A stretch of 64,000 nt of DNA. It comes from Candidatus Limnocylindrales bacterium. GTDB taxonomy: Bacteria; Acidobacteriota; Terriglobia; Acidiferrales; UBA7541. This document shows positions 1-10,128 of the stretch, piece after piece; position 1 is the stretch's first letter; each line of letters opens with the position of its first letter. The translations under genes were made by a program, and so were the position numbers. The notes under the pieces were generated by a model that worked only from the letters and a program-made list of their open reading frames with translations, ran no database searches and was not told the DNA's origin. The stretch spans positions 28,908 to 92,907 of the forward strand of contig DASPTY010000214.1 in the NCBI GenBank assembly GCA_035623175.1, in the 5' to 3' direction.

Positions 1-2
1 GA

Positions 3-503
3 CGCTTAAAGGAACTCGCTCGGCAGATTCGCCGCGACTTTCCCAAAGACCCGCTTCACTTGATCGGAATCTTGAAAGGCTCGGTGTTTTTTCTCGCGGA
101 TTTGGCACGCGAATTGGGCGGCGAAGTCTCTTTCGATTTCCTGGCGGTATCGAGTTACGGCAAAGGCATCGACTCCACGGGCGAAGTGAAGCTCATCAAA
201 GACCTGGACGTGAGCATTGAAGGCAAAACGGTAATCGTTGTCGAGGACATTCTCGATACGGGTCTCACTCTAAAATATCTTCTGCACATTTTTGGAGAAA
301 AGAAACCGAAGCATTTGCGCGTCGTCGTGCTCCTGGACAAGCAGGAACGACGAATCGCAGACGTCCGCGCCGACTACACCGGCTTCACCATTCCCAATGA
401 ATTCGTGGTTGGCTACGGACTCGATTATGACGAGCGCTACCGCAACCTGCCCGACGTTTGCATCCTCCACCTGGGAACGCGCGCAAAAGCGAAGTCCGCG
501 TAG
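3..503 (+). CDS. hpt: Hypoxanthine phosphoribosyltransferase (5'-truncated by window edge)
   Basis: Motifs ILKGSVFF, VSSYG, PRPP-binding VIVVEDILDTGLTL and FVVGYGLDY; frame open back to position 3. Confidence 0.95.
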   Translation, partial: RLKELARQIRRDFPKDPLHLIGILKGSVFFLADLARELGGEVSFDFLAVSSYGKGIDSTGEVKLIKDLDVSIEGKTVIVVEDILDTGLTLKYLLHIFGEKKPKHLRVVVLLDKQERRIADVRADYTGFTIPNEFVVGYGLDYDERYRNLPDVCILHLGTRAKAKSA

Positions 504-562
504 CCGCAAGTTCACACTTGAACCTACCGGCGATGCAAGCGCGCAAGCATCGCCCAGGGCCC

Positions 563-571
563 TGCTATAAT
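563..571 (+). promoter_or_regulatory. Extended -10 promoter element (TGCTATAAT)
   Basis: TG-n-TATAAT ending 10 nt before the ATG at 582; no SD in between. Confidence 0.6.
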
Positions 572-581
572 TGAATGATTC

Positions 582-2342
582 ATGGATGCCACTAGTCCCA
601 AAGCACAACCTGAGCTGACCGCAGAAAATCCGGAAGTCCTTGCTGCGCTTGCAGAAATTGGCGAGGAGATCAACGCCTCACTCGATTTGGATGAGGTCCT
701 CGCCAAGGTCGCGGTCCTTATCAAAAAACAGATCGACTACGAGATGTTCGGTGTACTGATGCTCGATAACAACGGTGCATACCTGACTCACCGTTTCGCG
801 ATTGGCTATCCACCGGGGCTAGCCGAAAACTTGAAAGTACCCGTGGGGCAGGGAATTACGGGCACGGCCGCGCGAACCGGACATCCGGTGCGCGTGAGCG
901 ACGTTTTGCAAGACCCGCGCTACATTAACGCCATCGATAGTGTCCGCTCGGAGCTTGCAGTTCCGCTGATGTTCCGCGGGAAGTGCGTCGGCGTGCTCGA
1001 TATTCAGAGCCGTCATCTCGATTATTTTACGAAGGATCAGCAGAACATCCTCGCCATGCTCGCCAACCGCCTCGCCGTGGCAATAGAGAATGCGCGACTT
1101 TTCCAACAAGTGCGCACACAGGCCGAGACTCTTCTCGTTCTGAATGAAGTCAGCCGGGAAATCAGCTCCATCCTAGCGATGGAAGAGTTGCTTCGCCGTG
1201 CCGCCGAACTCGTCAAGCGCGTGATTGACTACCAGATCTTAAGCATCCTGTTGTATGACGAAGAGCAGCAGATCTTTCGCCATCGCCTCGACGTGAAACA
1301 TGGCCAGAGAGTTCAGGGCAAGCTCCGCGTCGCGGCAACGGAAGGAATCGTGGGCGCTGCCGCGACATTGCGCGAACCAGTGGTCGTGCCCGACGTAACT
1401 GCCGACCCGCGCTACCTCATGATTAATCCCGAGACGCGTTCTGAACTGGCGATTCCCATGATGCATCAAGGCAAGGTCATTGGCGTGCTCGATTTAGAAA
1501 GCCCACAACTCAACTACTTCACCGAAGACCACGTTCAGACGTTGTCCATTCTCGCGGCGAATCTCGCGGTCTCCATCGAAAATGCGCGTTTGTACGAGGA
1601 GGTGGCGCGAGGCGAGGCGCGCCTTGAGCGCGATCTGCAGGCGGCCAAGCGCATTCAAGGCGCCTTGCTACGTCCTGTTCCTACTGATGATTACGGCCTT
1701 GATGTTGCTGCACGCTACATCTCCGCGCGCGAAGTGTGCGGCGATCTCTACGAATTTCTCCGCTACGGCCCACAGCAACTTGGTGTCGCTCTTGGCGACG
1801 TGAGCGGGAAAGGCACGGCCGCAGCGCTTTATGGCGCCGTCGCTATTGGCATCATGCGCAGCCTCGCTCCCCAGAAGTTACAGCCCGCAGAAATGCTGCG
1901 GCAGATGAATCAATTGGTGGGCGAGCGCCGCATCGAAGGCCGTTTCATGACCGCGTGCTTTGCGACGTGGCAAAAAGGACGCCAGAAATTGCGCGTGGCC
2001 AACGCCGGGCAATCTCAGCCGCTCCTCTATAAGAATAGCCGCTGCGACCGGATCGAGCTGACCGGCTTCCCCCTCGGCATTTTTGAAGAAGTGCAATATG
2101 ACGAGTGGAGCGTCACTCTTGCAGCCGGCGACATCCTTATCTTCCACTCGGACGGAATAGCTGAAACCCTAAATGCCGAGGGCCAGTTTTTCGGCACGAC
2201 CCGCATACGCAAGCTGATTGAGCAGCATCATGAACTGCCAGCTGCGGATATTGCGGACACGGTTCTGCGTGAAGTGGAGTGGTTCACGCAGAACGCTCCG
2301 CTGGCGGACGACCGCACGCTCGTAGTCTTGAAGGTAAAATGA
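582..2342 (+). CDS. GAF-GAF-SpoIIE (PP2C, RsbU-like) Ser/Thr phosphatase
   Basis: Two tandem GAF repeats (DPRY..RSELAVP..GVLD..F..LA.AIENARL), then PP2C motifs GDLY, GDVSGKG, NAG, SDG, DDRT. Confidence 0.9.
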   Translation: MDATSPKAQPELTAENPEVLAALAEIGEEINASLDLDEVLAKVAVLIKKQIDYEMFGVLMLDNNGAYLTHRFAIGYPPGLAENLKVPVGQGITGTAARTGHPVRVSDVLQDPRYINAIDSVRSELAVPLMFRGKCVGVLDIQSRHLDYFTKDQQNILAMLANRLAVAIENARLFQQVRTQAETLLVLNEVSREISSILAMEELLRRAAELVKRVIDYQILSILLYDEEQQIFRHRLDVKHGQRVQGKLRVAATEGIVGAAATLREPVVVPDVTADPRYLMINPETRSELAIPMMHQGKVIGVLDLESPQLNYFTEDHVQTLSILAANLAVSIENARLYEEVARGEARLERDLQAAKRIQGALLRPVPTDDYGLDVAARYISAREVCGDLYEFLRYGPQQLGVALGDVSGKGTAAALYGAVAIGIMRSLAPQKLQPAEMLRQMNQLVGERRIEGRFMTACFATWQKGRQKLRVANAGQSQPLLYKNSRCDRIELTGFPLGIFEEVQYDEWSVTLAAGDILIFHSDGIAETLNAEGQFFGTTRIRKLIEQHHELPAADIADTVLREVEWFTQNAPLADDRTLVVLKVK

Positions 2343-3703
2343 GCGGCCCTGGCAAAGCTCGCAAGAATCTCAAATACGTGGACCCAGCCGAATTCACACC
2401 CCGGTTTGCCTGGAGACAAGTTGGCGCCGGTAGCCGCGAAGTATATTGCGAGGGGATATCGCTTGTAGAAATTGCTTCCAGTTTCGGGACGCCTTCTTAC
2501 GTTTACAGCCAGCGCGCCATTGAAAATGCATTTGACGAATTTAGCGCTGGTTTGAAGGGGTTGCCGCATCTTCAGTGTTTTGCCGTGAAGGCGAACGGCA
2601 GTCTTTCGATTTTGAAGCTGCTGGCGACGCGCGGTAGCGGCTTTGACGTTGTTTCGGGAGGCGAACTCGAACATCTCGGCCACATCGGGGTGCCGGGCAG
2701 GCGCATCGTTTTCTCTGGGGTCGGCAAGACTCGCGAAGAGATCCGCGCGGCGCTCCATTACCACGCTAAGCAAGCCTCTGCGCGGGGCATTCTTCAATTC
2801 AACGTGGAATCCCCGGGGGAGTTAGAGGTCCTCCTGAGCGAAGCTTCGCGTGTCGCGCAGAAGGGCCCGCGGGTTCCGGGCGTCTCGATTCGCGTGAACC
2901 CCGACGTGAAAGCGGGCGGCCATCCGCACATCTCGACCGGCCTCGCTCACCACAAATTCGGCATGTGCTGGAACGACGCTCGCGCTTTGTATTTCCAGCA
3001 TCGAGAAGCGAAACACATTCGCTGGCAAGGAATCAGCGCGCATATCGGCTCGCAAATCGTCAGCTTGCAGCCTTTCCGCGAAGCCTTGAAGCGCCTTGCC
3101 AGCTATCTGCTCGAACTCCGGCGCGCAGGCATCTCTCTGAAGTATTTGGATGTCGGCGGTGGCTTGGGGGTGCGTTACACCGACGAGAAGCCACCGTCGC
3201 GAAAAGCTTATGCGCGGCTCGTGGCGGAAGCTGTTCGGCCGCTCGGCGTCGGCTTGCTTCTCGAGCCTGGCCGTTCGATTATCGCTTCATCCGCAGTGCT
3301 GCTCTCCAAAGTCATCTATACGAAGAGGAATTCCACAAAATCCTTCGTTATTCTCGATGCCGCCATGAACGATTTGGCCAGGCCGGTTCTCTATGACGCG
3401 CCGCATCCCATCACGCGCGTGCGCGTCGGGAACGAACGAAAGCCAGCCGCACTACTTCGTGCCGACGTTGTTGGCCCCGTTTGCGAAACCGGCGACACTT
3501 TTCTTGAGAATTGGCCGCTCGGTTCCGTCGAGCCTGGAGATACGGTCGCCATCTGGGTCGCCGGTGCCTATGGCATGGTGCAAGCATCGAATTACAACGG
3601 CCGCTGCCGTCCAGCGGAAGTTTTGGTGGATGGAAAGCGCGCGCGCCTGATCCGTCGCAGAGAAACAATTGAAGACCTGGTGCGCACAGACTCCCTTGCG
3701 TGA
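2339..3703 (+). CDS. lysA: Diaminopimelate decarboxylase
   Basis: FAVKAN PLP lysine, DVVSGGE, HIGSQI, DVGGGLG, EPGR, GPVCETGD, GAYG..SNYN; ATG at 2339 overlaps the upstream TGA (ATGA). Confidence 0.95.
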   Translation: MSGPGKARKNLKYVDPAEFTPRFAWRQVGAGSREVYCEGISLVEIASSFGTPSYVYSQRAIENAFDEFSAGLKGLPHLQCFAVKANGSLSILKLLATRGSGFDVVSGGELEHLGHIGVPGRRIVFSGVGKTREEIRAALHYHAKQASARGILQFNVESPGELEVLLSEASRVAQKGPRVPGVSIRVNPDVKAGGHPHISTGLAHHKFGMCWNDARALYFQHREAKHIRWQGISAHIGSQIVSLQPFREALKRLASYLLELRRAGISLKYLDVGGGLGVRYTDEKPPSRKAYARLVAEAVRPLGVGLLLEPGRSIIASSAVLLSKVIYTKRNSTKSFVILDAAMNDLARPVLYDAPHPITRVRVGNERKPAALLRADVVGPVCETGDTFLENWPLGSVEPGDTVAIWVAGAYGMVQASNYNGRCRPAEVLVDGKRARLIRRRETIEDLVRTDSLA

Positions 3704-3705
3704 TT

Positions 3706-4581
3706 TCAGGCTTCGCCCCACTTCAATTTGTTGCGCAGGATTTCAAAGTAAGTTTTGTTCGGCGGGTGAATCAGCTTCAGGCGCTCCGCCGCCCGCGTGA
3801 TGCGCACACCGTCACCGACCTGCATCGGCAGGCCAATTTGCCCATCCATGGTGAGGAAGACCGAGTCCGACGTTGCCGCCAATTTCAACTCAATTTTGGA
3901 AGTGTCGCTCACGACCACGGGGCGGTCGCTCAACGTATGCGGGCAGATCGGCGTAATCAGAATCGACTCCACCTCAGGATGTACAATCGGGCCACCGGCG
4001 GACATGGAGTAAGCTGTCGAACCCGTCGGCGTGGCGACAATCAAGCCATCTGCCCTGTAGCGGCACACAAAGCCGCTGTCGATATAGAGCTCGAGCTCAA
4101 TCATGCGTGCCAGAGTGCCCTTGTGCACTACCGCGTCGTTGAGCACGCGTTGTTGTGCCAAGACTTTGCCGTTGTGTGTGCGTTCCGCCATCAGCAGCAC
4201 GCGTTCGTTGATCGCTGCCCGCCCCGCAAGCGCATCTTCAAGCGCAGGATATAACTCCTCGAGGGTGAAACTGGTGAGGAACCCGAGGCCCCCCAGGTTC
4301 ACAGGCAGAATCGGTATTCCGTTCGGCGCCGCTTCGCGTGCCGCCGCCAGAATCGTTCCATCGCCGCCAAGCACCAGGAGCAGGTCCGCTTCTTGTACGA
4401 TCTGCTGCCGCGTCTTTCCGATGTCGCCGCGATTCATCGTGTTCGCCGTTTCCGCGTCAATCACCGGCGTCACGCCCCGTGTTTTCAACCAGTCGAGAAG
4501 TTGCGGCACGATCTCCGCAATCGTCGCGCGCCGCGGCCGCGAAAAAATGCCGATAGTCTTATAGTGGGGCGATGGATGCAT
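3706..4581 (-). CDS. nadK: NAD(+) kinase
   Basis: GGDGT, LND and DGLIVATPTGSTAYSMSAGGP signature. Confidence 0.95.
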   Translation of the reverse strand: MHPSPHYKTIGIFSRPRRATIAEIVPQLLDWLKTRGVTPVIDAETANTMNRGDIGKTRQQIVQEADLLLVLGGDGTILAAAREAAPNGIPILPVNLGGLGFLTSFTLEELYPALEDALAGRAAINERVLLMAERTHNGKVLAQQRVLNDAVVHKGTLARMIELELYIDSGFVCRYRADGLIVATPTGSTAYSMSAGGPIVHPEVESILITPICPHTLSDRPVVVSDTSKIELKLAATSDSVFLTMDGQIGLPMQVGDGVRITRAAERLKLIHPPNKTYFEILRNKLKWGEA

Positions 4582-4584
4582 GGA

Positions 4585-5346
4585 TTACTCGGATTCTACC
4601 TTAGCCACTTTTCTGGCGTGAAGAAAATACTCCTGGTTACCTTCCATTCCTTCCAATCGGCTGGGAAGAATGCCGAGCACGCTCAGTCCATGCGATTCGG
4701 CGCATCGGCGTACGCTCGCGACGGCCTTTTCGTGTAACTTCAAGTCACGTACGATGCCGCCCTTACCCACATGCTCTCGCGCGAGCTCAAATTGGGGCTT
4801 CACGAGGACCAGAAACTCCGCGCCAGGCTTGGCGCACGCGCAAGCTCCCGACAGCACTTTCGTCACCGAAATGAACGACACATCCGCAACTACAAGATCC
4901 ACTGGTTCGGCAAGGTCGCTCGGCGCTAATTCACGGGCGTTCTTCTTCACTCGGGTCACGCGCGCATCTTCACGCAGCTTCCACGCCAGTTGGTCCATGT
5001 TGACATCCACGGCATAAACCCGGGTCGCTGCCATCTGAAGCAGACAATCTGTGAATCCACCCGTCGACGAGCCGACGTCAAGGCAAATGCAGCCGCGCGG
5101 CTTCACATGAAAATCCTCGAGCGCGCCCTCCAACTTAAATCCCCCGCGGCTCACGTATTTCTGCAACCGGCTGTGGATTTCAATGTGCGATTTGTCCGTT
5201 ACACTCAGCCCCGCTTTCTCGGCGCGCTTTCCATCGATTTTGACTTCTCCCGCTAGGATCATCGCTTGCGCTTTTTGCCGAGTTTCCGCGAAGCCGCGCT
5301 CGACCATTAGGACGTCAAGCCTTTTGCGCATGGATTTGGGAGGCAT
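4585..5346 (-). CDS. tlyA: TlyA-family rRNA methyltransferase
   Basis: S4 domain RLDVLMVERG, YVSRGGFKL, DVGSSTGGFTD, DVSFIS, KPQFE, GNQEY; start trimmed to MPPKSMRKR. Confidence 0.92.
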   Translation of the reverse strand: MPPKSMRKRLDVLMVERGFAETRQKAQAMILAGEVKIDGKRAEKAGLSVTDKSHIEIHSRLQKYVSRGGFKLEGALEDFHVKPRGCICLDVGSSTGGFTDCLLQMAATRVYAVDVNMDQLAWKLREDARVTRVKKNARELAPSDLAEPVDLVVADVSFISVTKVLSGACACAKPGAEFLVLVKPQFELAREHVGKGGIVRDLKLHEKAVASVRRCAESHGLSVLGILPSRLEGMEGNQEYFLHARKVAKVESE

Positions 5347-5393
5347 AAACGGAAAAGGGACGGAAATCTTTAAGCCAAGAGCTTTCGACCACT

Positions 5394-6275
5394 TCACTTC
5401 CTGCGCAGAACCAGAAATTCCGCAATCGTGCGTAGCCGCTCGGCGCGCTCGCCGTACGTCTGCAATTCCTCAATCGCCTTAGTGGCAAGTTCATGGGCGA
5501 TTTGATGCGATCGCTCCAGGCCGAATACGGCGGGATAGGTTGCCTTTTGTTGGGCGATATCTTTCCCCGCAGTCTTGCCAAGAGCGACGGAAGACTCTTC
5601 CACGTCGAGAATATCGTCCGTCACCTGAAACGCCCAGCCGATGGTTTCGCCAAAGCGCCGCAAACGCGTGATGTCCTCCGTAGTGGCCCCGGCACACAAT
5701 GCACCCGACGTGATTGAAGCACGAATCAGCGCTGCGGTCTTTGACCGGTGAATGTACTCGAGCGTCTCCGGCCCAACTTTCTTGCCTTCCGCTTCCAGAT
5801 CGGCCACTTGTCCGCCTACCATCCCGTTCACCGTGCCCGCGGCCATCGCGATTTCCATCACCATCGCCACCTGCCTGTCGGCGGGTACGGGAGCGCCGGC
5901 AAGCGTTTCAAATGCCAGCGTCAAAAGGGCGTCGCCCGCGAGAATAGCCGTAGCCTCGCCGAATTTCTTGTGACACGTCGGCTTCCCGCGTCGCAGATCA
6001 TCGTTGTCCAGCGCGGGCAGGTCATCATGAATCAGCGAATAGGTGTGAATAAACTCGATCGCACAGCCGGGATAAAGCGCGGCGGAAACATCCGCGCCAA
6101 AAATGCGCGCCGTTTCTAAGCAAAGAATAGGCCGAATGCGTTTTCCTCCGGCAAACACGGAATAGCGCATGGCCTGATGAATGGACGGAGGCGGTGCCGC
6201 CCCCGCTGGCATCAATCGCTCGAGTTGTGCATCAACCGCGAGGCGGTCTTCTTCAAAAAAAGGAGGAAGTCTCAT
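5394..6275 (-). CDS. ispA: Farnesyl/geranylgeranyl diphosphate synthase
   Basis: GGKRIRP, DDLPALDNDDLRRGKPT (FARM), FQVTDDILD (SARM), KATYP. Confidence 0.93.
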   Translation of the reverse strand: MRLPPFFEEDRLAVDAQLERLMPAGAAPPPSIHQAMRYSVFAGGKRIRPILCLETARIFGADVSAALYPGCAIEFIHTYSLIHDDLPALDNDDLRRGKPTCHKKFGEATAILAGDALLTLAFETLAGAPVPADRQVAMVMEIAMAAGTVNGMVGGQVADLEAEGKKVGPETLEYIHRSKTAALIRASITSGALCAGATTEDITRLRRFGETIGWAFQVTDDILDVEESSVALGKTAGKDIAQQKATYPAVFGLERSHQIAHELATKAIEELQTYGERAERLRTIAEFLVLRRK

Positions 6276-6314
6276 TGGATTTATGATTTTTCTTATTGCG
6301 CAAGCGGCGGAAGT

Positions 6315-6587
6315 TCACGACTGGCTCTCGTCTTCGGGCTCGAACGGCTCGGCGGCCATCTTTCCATCCGCTTTCTTCAGCAGGATCTCCACGCGTCCTT
6401 CGGCTTCTTCCAGTTGCTTTTGGCACTCCCGCGACAACCCAACTCCCTCCTCGAACAGCTTCATCGCTTCATCGAGAGAAAGTTGCGGGCTTTCCAGTTT
6501 GCGTACGACTTCCTCTAGCCGGGCGAGGGAGCGCTCGAAATCGGTCTTTTTCGCGGCTTCAGGCTTCTTCGGTACGGGTTGATTCAC
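6315..6587 (-). CDS. xseB: Exodeoxyribonuclease VII small subunit
   Basis: FERSLARLEEVVRKLE..LSLDEAMKLFEEG..L..C...LEEAE; GTG at 6587 with GAGAGGA SD. Confidence 0.92.
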   Translation of the reverse strand: MNQPVPKKPEAAKKTDFERSLARLEEVVRKLESPQLSLDEAMKLFEEGVGLSRECQKQLEEAEGRVEILLKKADGKMAAEPFEPEDESQS

Positions 6588-6670
6588 GCAAATTCCTCTC
6601 GGGCTACGTCCTCTTACAACTTCTTTCTCTGCCGAAGTGCATGATCCCACCGCTGCTTTAAACTACATGG

Positions 6671-7510
6671 TTATTTCTGACAGGCCAAACAGCAGTATGT
6701 GGACCGGCCACCTTGCTCGATGCGTTGAATCAGACAGCCGCAACGTCGGCAGGGCATCGCTTCGCGCTGGTATACTCGCAGAATTCTCTCCAGTCCCTGA
6801 AACCACCATTTCGGGTCACGGAAGTCCGGCGCAGGATCCAGGCAACATTCTAAAGCACGGCGAAGAACCGACACAATCGCTTTATGGAGTTTCGCCGATT
6901 CTCTTTCATGAAAGGAATTCGCAGGACGCCTCGGATCCAGTCCCGCGTGCCACAAGGCTTCGCACGAATAGATGTTGCCAATGCCGGCGACACGCGTCTG
7001 GTCCAGCAGAAACTCTTTCACGGGCCGCTTCGATGCCGCCAGCATTGTACGCAACCGGCGCGACGTGAACTTCCGCGACATTGCGTCCACTCCCAAGTTT
7101 GCAAGGGGCAGGCACGCATCGGCCGATTCCCATGCATGCACGCGCCCGAAGTGCCGCCCATCAGAAAACCCCAACACGCCCCAACCAAACTCGAATGCCA
7201 CGTCGACGTGCACTCCCATCGGCTTGCGGTTCGCGCGCTCAAACAACTCCTTTGTGCTCGAAAACCATGTCAATTGCCCATCGAGCCGGAAATGCAATTC
7301 GATAAGCCCGCGGTCAAGCTCCAGGAACAGATACTTTCCGCACCGCGAAATTGTTTTCAGGCGCCGTTCTTCGCTCAACGCAATGAGGTCTGCGGGCGCT
7401 TGCGGCCGCGTGGCAATGGGGTGAAAGACGTACGCGCGCCGTATTCTCTGGTCTCGCACCAGCGGACGAAGTGACCGTGCGACTGCTTCCACTTCGGGAA
7501 GTTCTGGCAT
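6671..7510 (-). CDS. mutM: Formamidopyrimidine-DNA glycosylase (Fpg/Nei)
   Basis: N-terminal PELPEVE, H2TH GIGNIY, C-terminal CxxC..GRST..CxxCQ zinc finger. Confidence 0.9.
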   Translation of the reverse strand: MPELPEVEAVARSLRPLVRDQRIRRAYVFHPIATRPQAPADLIALSEERRLKTISRCGKYLFLELDRGLIELHFRLDGQLTWFSSTKELFERANRKPMGVHVDVAFEFGWGVLGFSDGRHFGRVHAWESADACLPLANLGVDAMSRKFTSRRLRTMLAASKRPVKEFLLDQTRVAGIGNIYSCEALWHAGLDPRRPANSFHERESAKLHKAIVSVLRRALECCLDPAPDFRDPKWWFQGLERILRVYQREAMPCRRCGCLIQRIEQGGRSTYCCLACQK

Positions 7511-7525
7511 GAAGGGACGAAATCC

Positions 7526-9985
7526 TCAGGGGCCCGGTTTCAACGTTAGGGCGTGCCGCTTCGCCTTCGCCTCCGCGTCATCGGAAAACGGGGCGTAGAT
7601 CGGCTTCCCGTCATACCAAAATGGGAGCTGATCGCGATAGTGCTCACTGCCCGGCTGCCCCGATTCCCCGCCAGAAATTAACATGAACGAGTCGTCCCAG
7701 TTCGCCAAGTCAGCCACAAACCGCTCGGAAGGCCCGTGGCGCCTGCCTGCAGCCCGCGGACTGAAGATTGTCCCGGATTGCATGTGGTTGGAGATGCTCA
7801 GCAGTTTTTTCAAAATTCCATCGCGCCCGAGCGCATGCATGATGTCCAGGGAATTGAACTTCCTCCAAGCCCAGTCATCCGGGTCACTGTCGTGCGTCCG
7901 CTCTTCCAGTCGTTTAACCGCCATGTCTGCCGAGGCACTGAGCAGTTCGTCGTAAGTCTTGTAGTCAGGCGGTAACCAGCGCGCTGGGCGTACCGTCAGT
8001 ACACGCTGCAAAAAGGCGACCCTGCGCCATTGATAGACGTCCGTGTCTTCGCCCAGATGCGGCTTCAGGATGAGGTGCAGTGTCTCAAAAAGCGTCGAAT
8101 TCAGAAACGAGACCACCGGCGAATTCGCATCCGCAATCCCGTTCCAGTCTTTTGCTTGCTGGATGAGTTTTGTTGCCCGATCATCTTTGGGCGGCGCCAC
8201 TTTCGCCGCAGTCACCAACTGCTCCGCCATAAAAAGGTGTGGATAGCTAAACGTGTCTGCTTGTACCTTCAGCATGTCTTCTGCCCGCAAGTCGTGCTTG
8301 TCGTGCAGCAATTCGTAAATCCGGGCCGTCCGGTAAGGCTCTTCCCAGTGCTCGGTGATGTAGGGTTTGTAGGCCGGGCCGGTCACGCGCGCATTGGCCG
8401 TGACAATCAACCCGCCCTCCGGATTGAACACCTGTGGTAGTTGCTCGAACGGAATGTAGCCTGTCCACTCGAAATCGGCAGTATCGCCGGCGACCGGCAC
8501 TTCTCCGCGTCCCTTCCTTCGTATCGGCACGCGCGCGCCCAGAATGTAACCAATGTTCCCATCCACGTCCGCATACACCACGTTCTGCCCGGGGCCCCAC
8601 ACTTCTTTCATCGTTTCGCGGAATTCAAACCAGTTACGCGCCTTGCCCAACCAGTTGTAGAAATTGGTAAGCGCCCCCGGCTCAAGCACCGTCCATTTCA
8701 TCGCGTAAGACTTGTCGCCTTCCTGCGCTACGACGGGCCCGTGGCGCGTCAAGACAAGCCGCACGTGCTCGTCCGGCTCGCCCTTCACCTTGATCACTTC
8801 GTCGAAGACTGTAGCCTTCTCCCACTGTCCACTGACGCGGTACTCGTCTGGGTTTGCCGGATTGAAGGTTTCGACGTATAGGTCTAGCACGTCCGCGCCG
8901 CTATTCGTGAATCCCCAGGCGATCCGGTCATTGTGTCCAACTACGATCATCGGTGCGCCGGGAAGAGCAAATCCCTTCACGTTCCATTCCGGCGCCGTCA
9001 AATGCACTTCGTACCAAATCGGCGGAAGCGTAAGTTCCAGGTGCATGTCATTGGCAAGCAGCGGCTTGCCCGTCGCTGTGTGTTCACCGCTGACCACCCA
9101 GTTGTTGCTTCCGAGAGAGTGCCGGATATCCCGTTGCGACTCCCCGATCCAATCGCGCACGGATTCTGCCAGTGCTGCCGTCAAATCCGGCTCGCCCGCT
9201 GCATTCGCTGGTGCGGTGAACTCTTGTCTCGCTTTCAATACCCCTTCCGGCTCCATTTCATCATCATCGTCGTCTTGGTCATCGTTCACTTGTGCAGCGG
9301 CGCGGGGGTCTTTAGTCGGAGCGGGCCCGCCGACCACATACCGGTCCATTGAGGAATCTGGGCTGAAGAGATCTTTCGCCAGCTCCGGCCCTACCATCGC
9401 AGTCACTTTCGCGCGCCTCATCTCCTGCTGCCGCGTGTCGGTGAGCGTGCGGTACATGTAGCACGCGACCACTAATGAATCGGAGGGCTGCCAAGGCTGA
9501 GGCTTGTACTTCAGCAGTGTGAACTCAATCGGTAAGCGACTGGCATGCTGCTCGATGAAATGATTTACACCCCGCGCGTACGCTTCCATCAGTTGGCGCG
9601 CTTCCGGACTCATCATGGCAAGGTCCTGGTCCGCCACCCGGCCGAAGTTGAGCAGCCGAAAATCCTTGTCGATATTGAGGGTGGCCTTGCCCATCACTTC
9701 GGAAAGCTGCCCGCGCGCCGCGCGCCGCAGCAGGTCCATCTGCCAAAGGCGGTCCTGCGCCATCACATATCCCTGAGCCTCGGCGAGATCCTCGACCGAA
9801 GCCGCGCGGATGTGGGGCACGCCCCAACGGTCGCGGTCCACAGTCACATCAGTGTGCAAGCCGGGCACAACGACGGTGCCATCGAGCTGCGGAAGGGGCC
9901 GGTAGACATACCACCATATGGCTGTCCCCACCAGAATCACCAGAACTGCGGCAATCCAGAGCAGTAAACGCAGGACGGTACGCAC
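7526..9985 (-). CDS. Penicillin acylase family Ntn-hydrolase (S45), membrane-anchored or exported
   Basis: RDRWGVPHI, AQDRLWQMDL, catalytic GSNNWVV, LANDMHL, GGESGQPGSEHY; start at GTG 9985 (GAGGTGG SD) before a hydrophobic N-terminus. Confidence 0.9.
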   Translation of the reverse strand: MRTVLRLLLWIAAVLVILVGTAIWWYVYRPLPQLDGTVVVPGLHTDVTVDRDRWGVPHIRAASVEDLAEAQGYVMAQDRLWQMDLLRRAARGQLSEVMGKATLNIDKDFRLLNFGRVADQDLAMMSPEARQLMEAYARGVNHFIEQHASRLPIEFTLLKYKPQPWQPSDSLVVACYMYRTLTDTRQQEMRRAKVTAMVGPELAKDLFSPDSSMDRYVVGGPAPTKDPRAAAQVNDDQDDDDDEMEPEGVLKARQEFTAPANAAGEPDLTAALAESVRDWIGESQRDIRHSLGSNNWVVSGEHTATGKPLLANDMHLELTLPPIWYEVHLTAPEWNVKGFALPGAPMIVVGHNDRIAWGFTNSGADVLDLYVETFNPANPDEYRVSGQWEKATVFDEVIKVKGEPDEHVRLVLTRHGPVVAQEGDKSYAMKWTVLEPGALTNFYNWLGKARNWFEFRETMKEVWGPGQNVVYADVDGNIGYILGARVPIRRKGRGEVPVAGDTADFEWTGYIPFEQLPQVFNPEGGLIVTANARVTGPAYKPYITEHWEEPYRTARIYELLHDKHDLRAEDMLKVQADTFSYPHLFMAEQLVTAAKVAPPKDDRATKLIQQAKDWNGIADANSPVVSFLNSTLFETLHLILKPHLGEDTDVYQWRRVAFLQRVLTVRPARWLPPDYKTYDELLSASADMAVKRLEERTHDSDPDDWAWRKFNSLDIMHALGRDGILKKLLSISNHMQSGTIFSPRAAGRRHGPSERFVADLANWDDSFMLISGGESGQPGSEHYRDQLPFWYDGKPIYAPFSDDAEAKAKRHALTLKPGP

Positions 9986-10128
9986 GCAGACTTCCACCTC
10001 GCTTGGGAACGTCCAGTCTAGTGGAGCCCGTCCACCCGCGCAACCTGACCGCGAGGGCATACCCACGATTGCTTCATCTACAACTCCGACCCAGGTTGTT
10101 ACAATACCGTCGGGGGACACCGAGCGGG

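Noticed and set aside
529-553. Hairpin GCGATGC-N10-GCATCGC after hpt as a terminator
   Set aside because: No U-tract on either strand; it overlaps the next gene's promoter region
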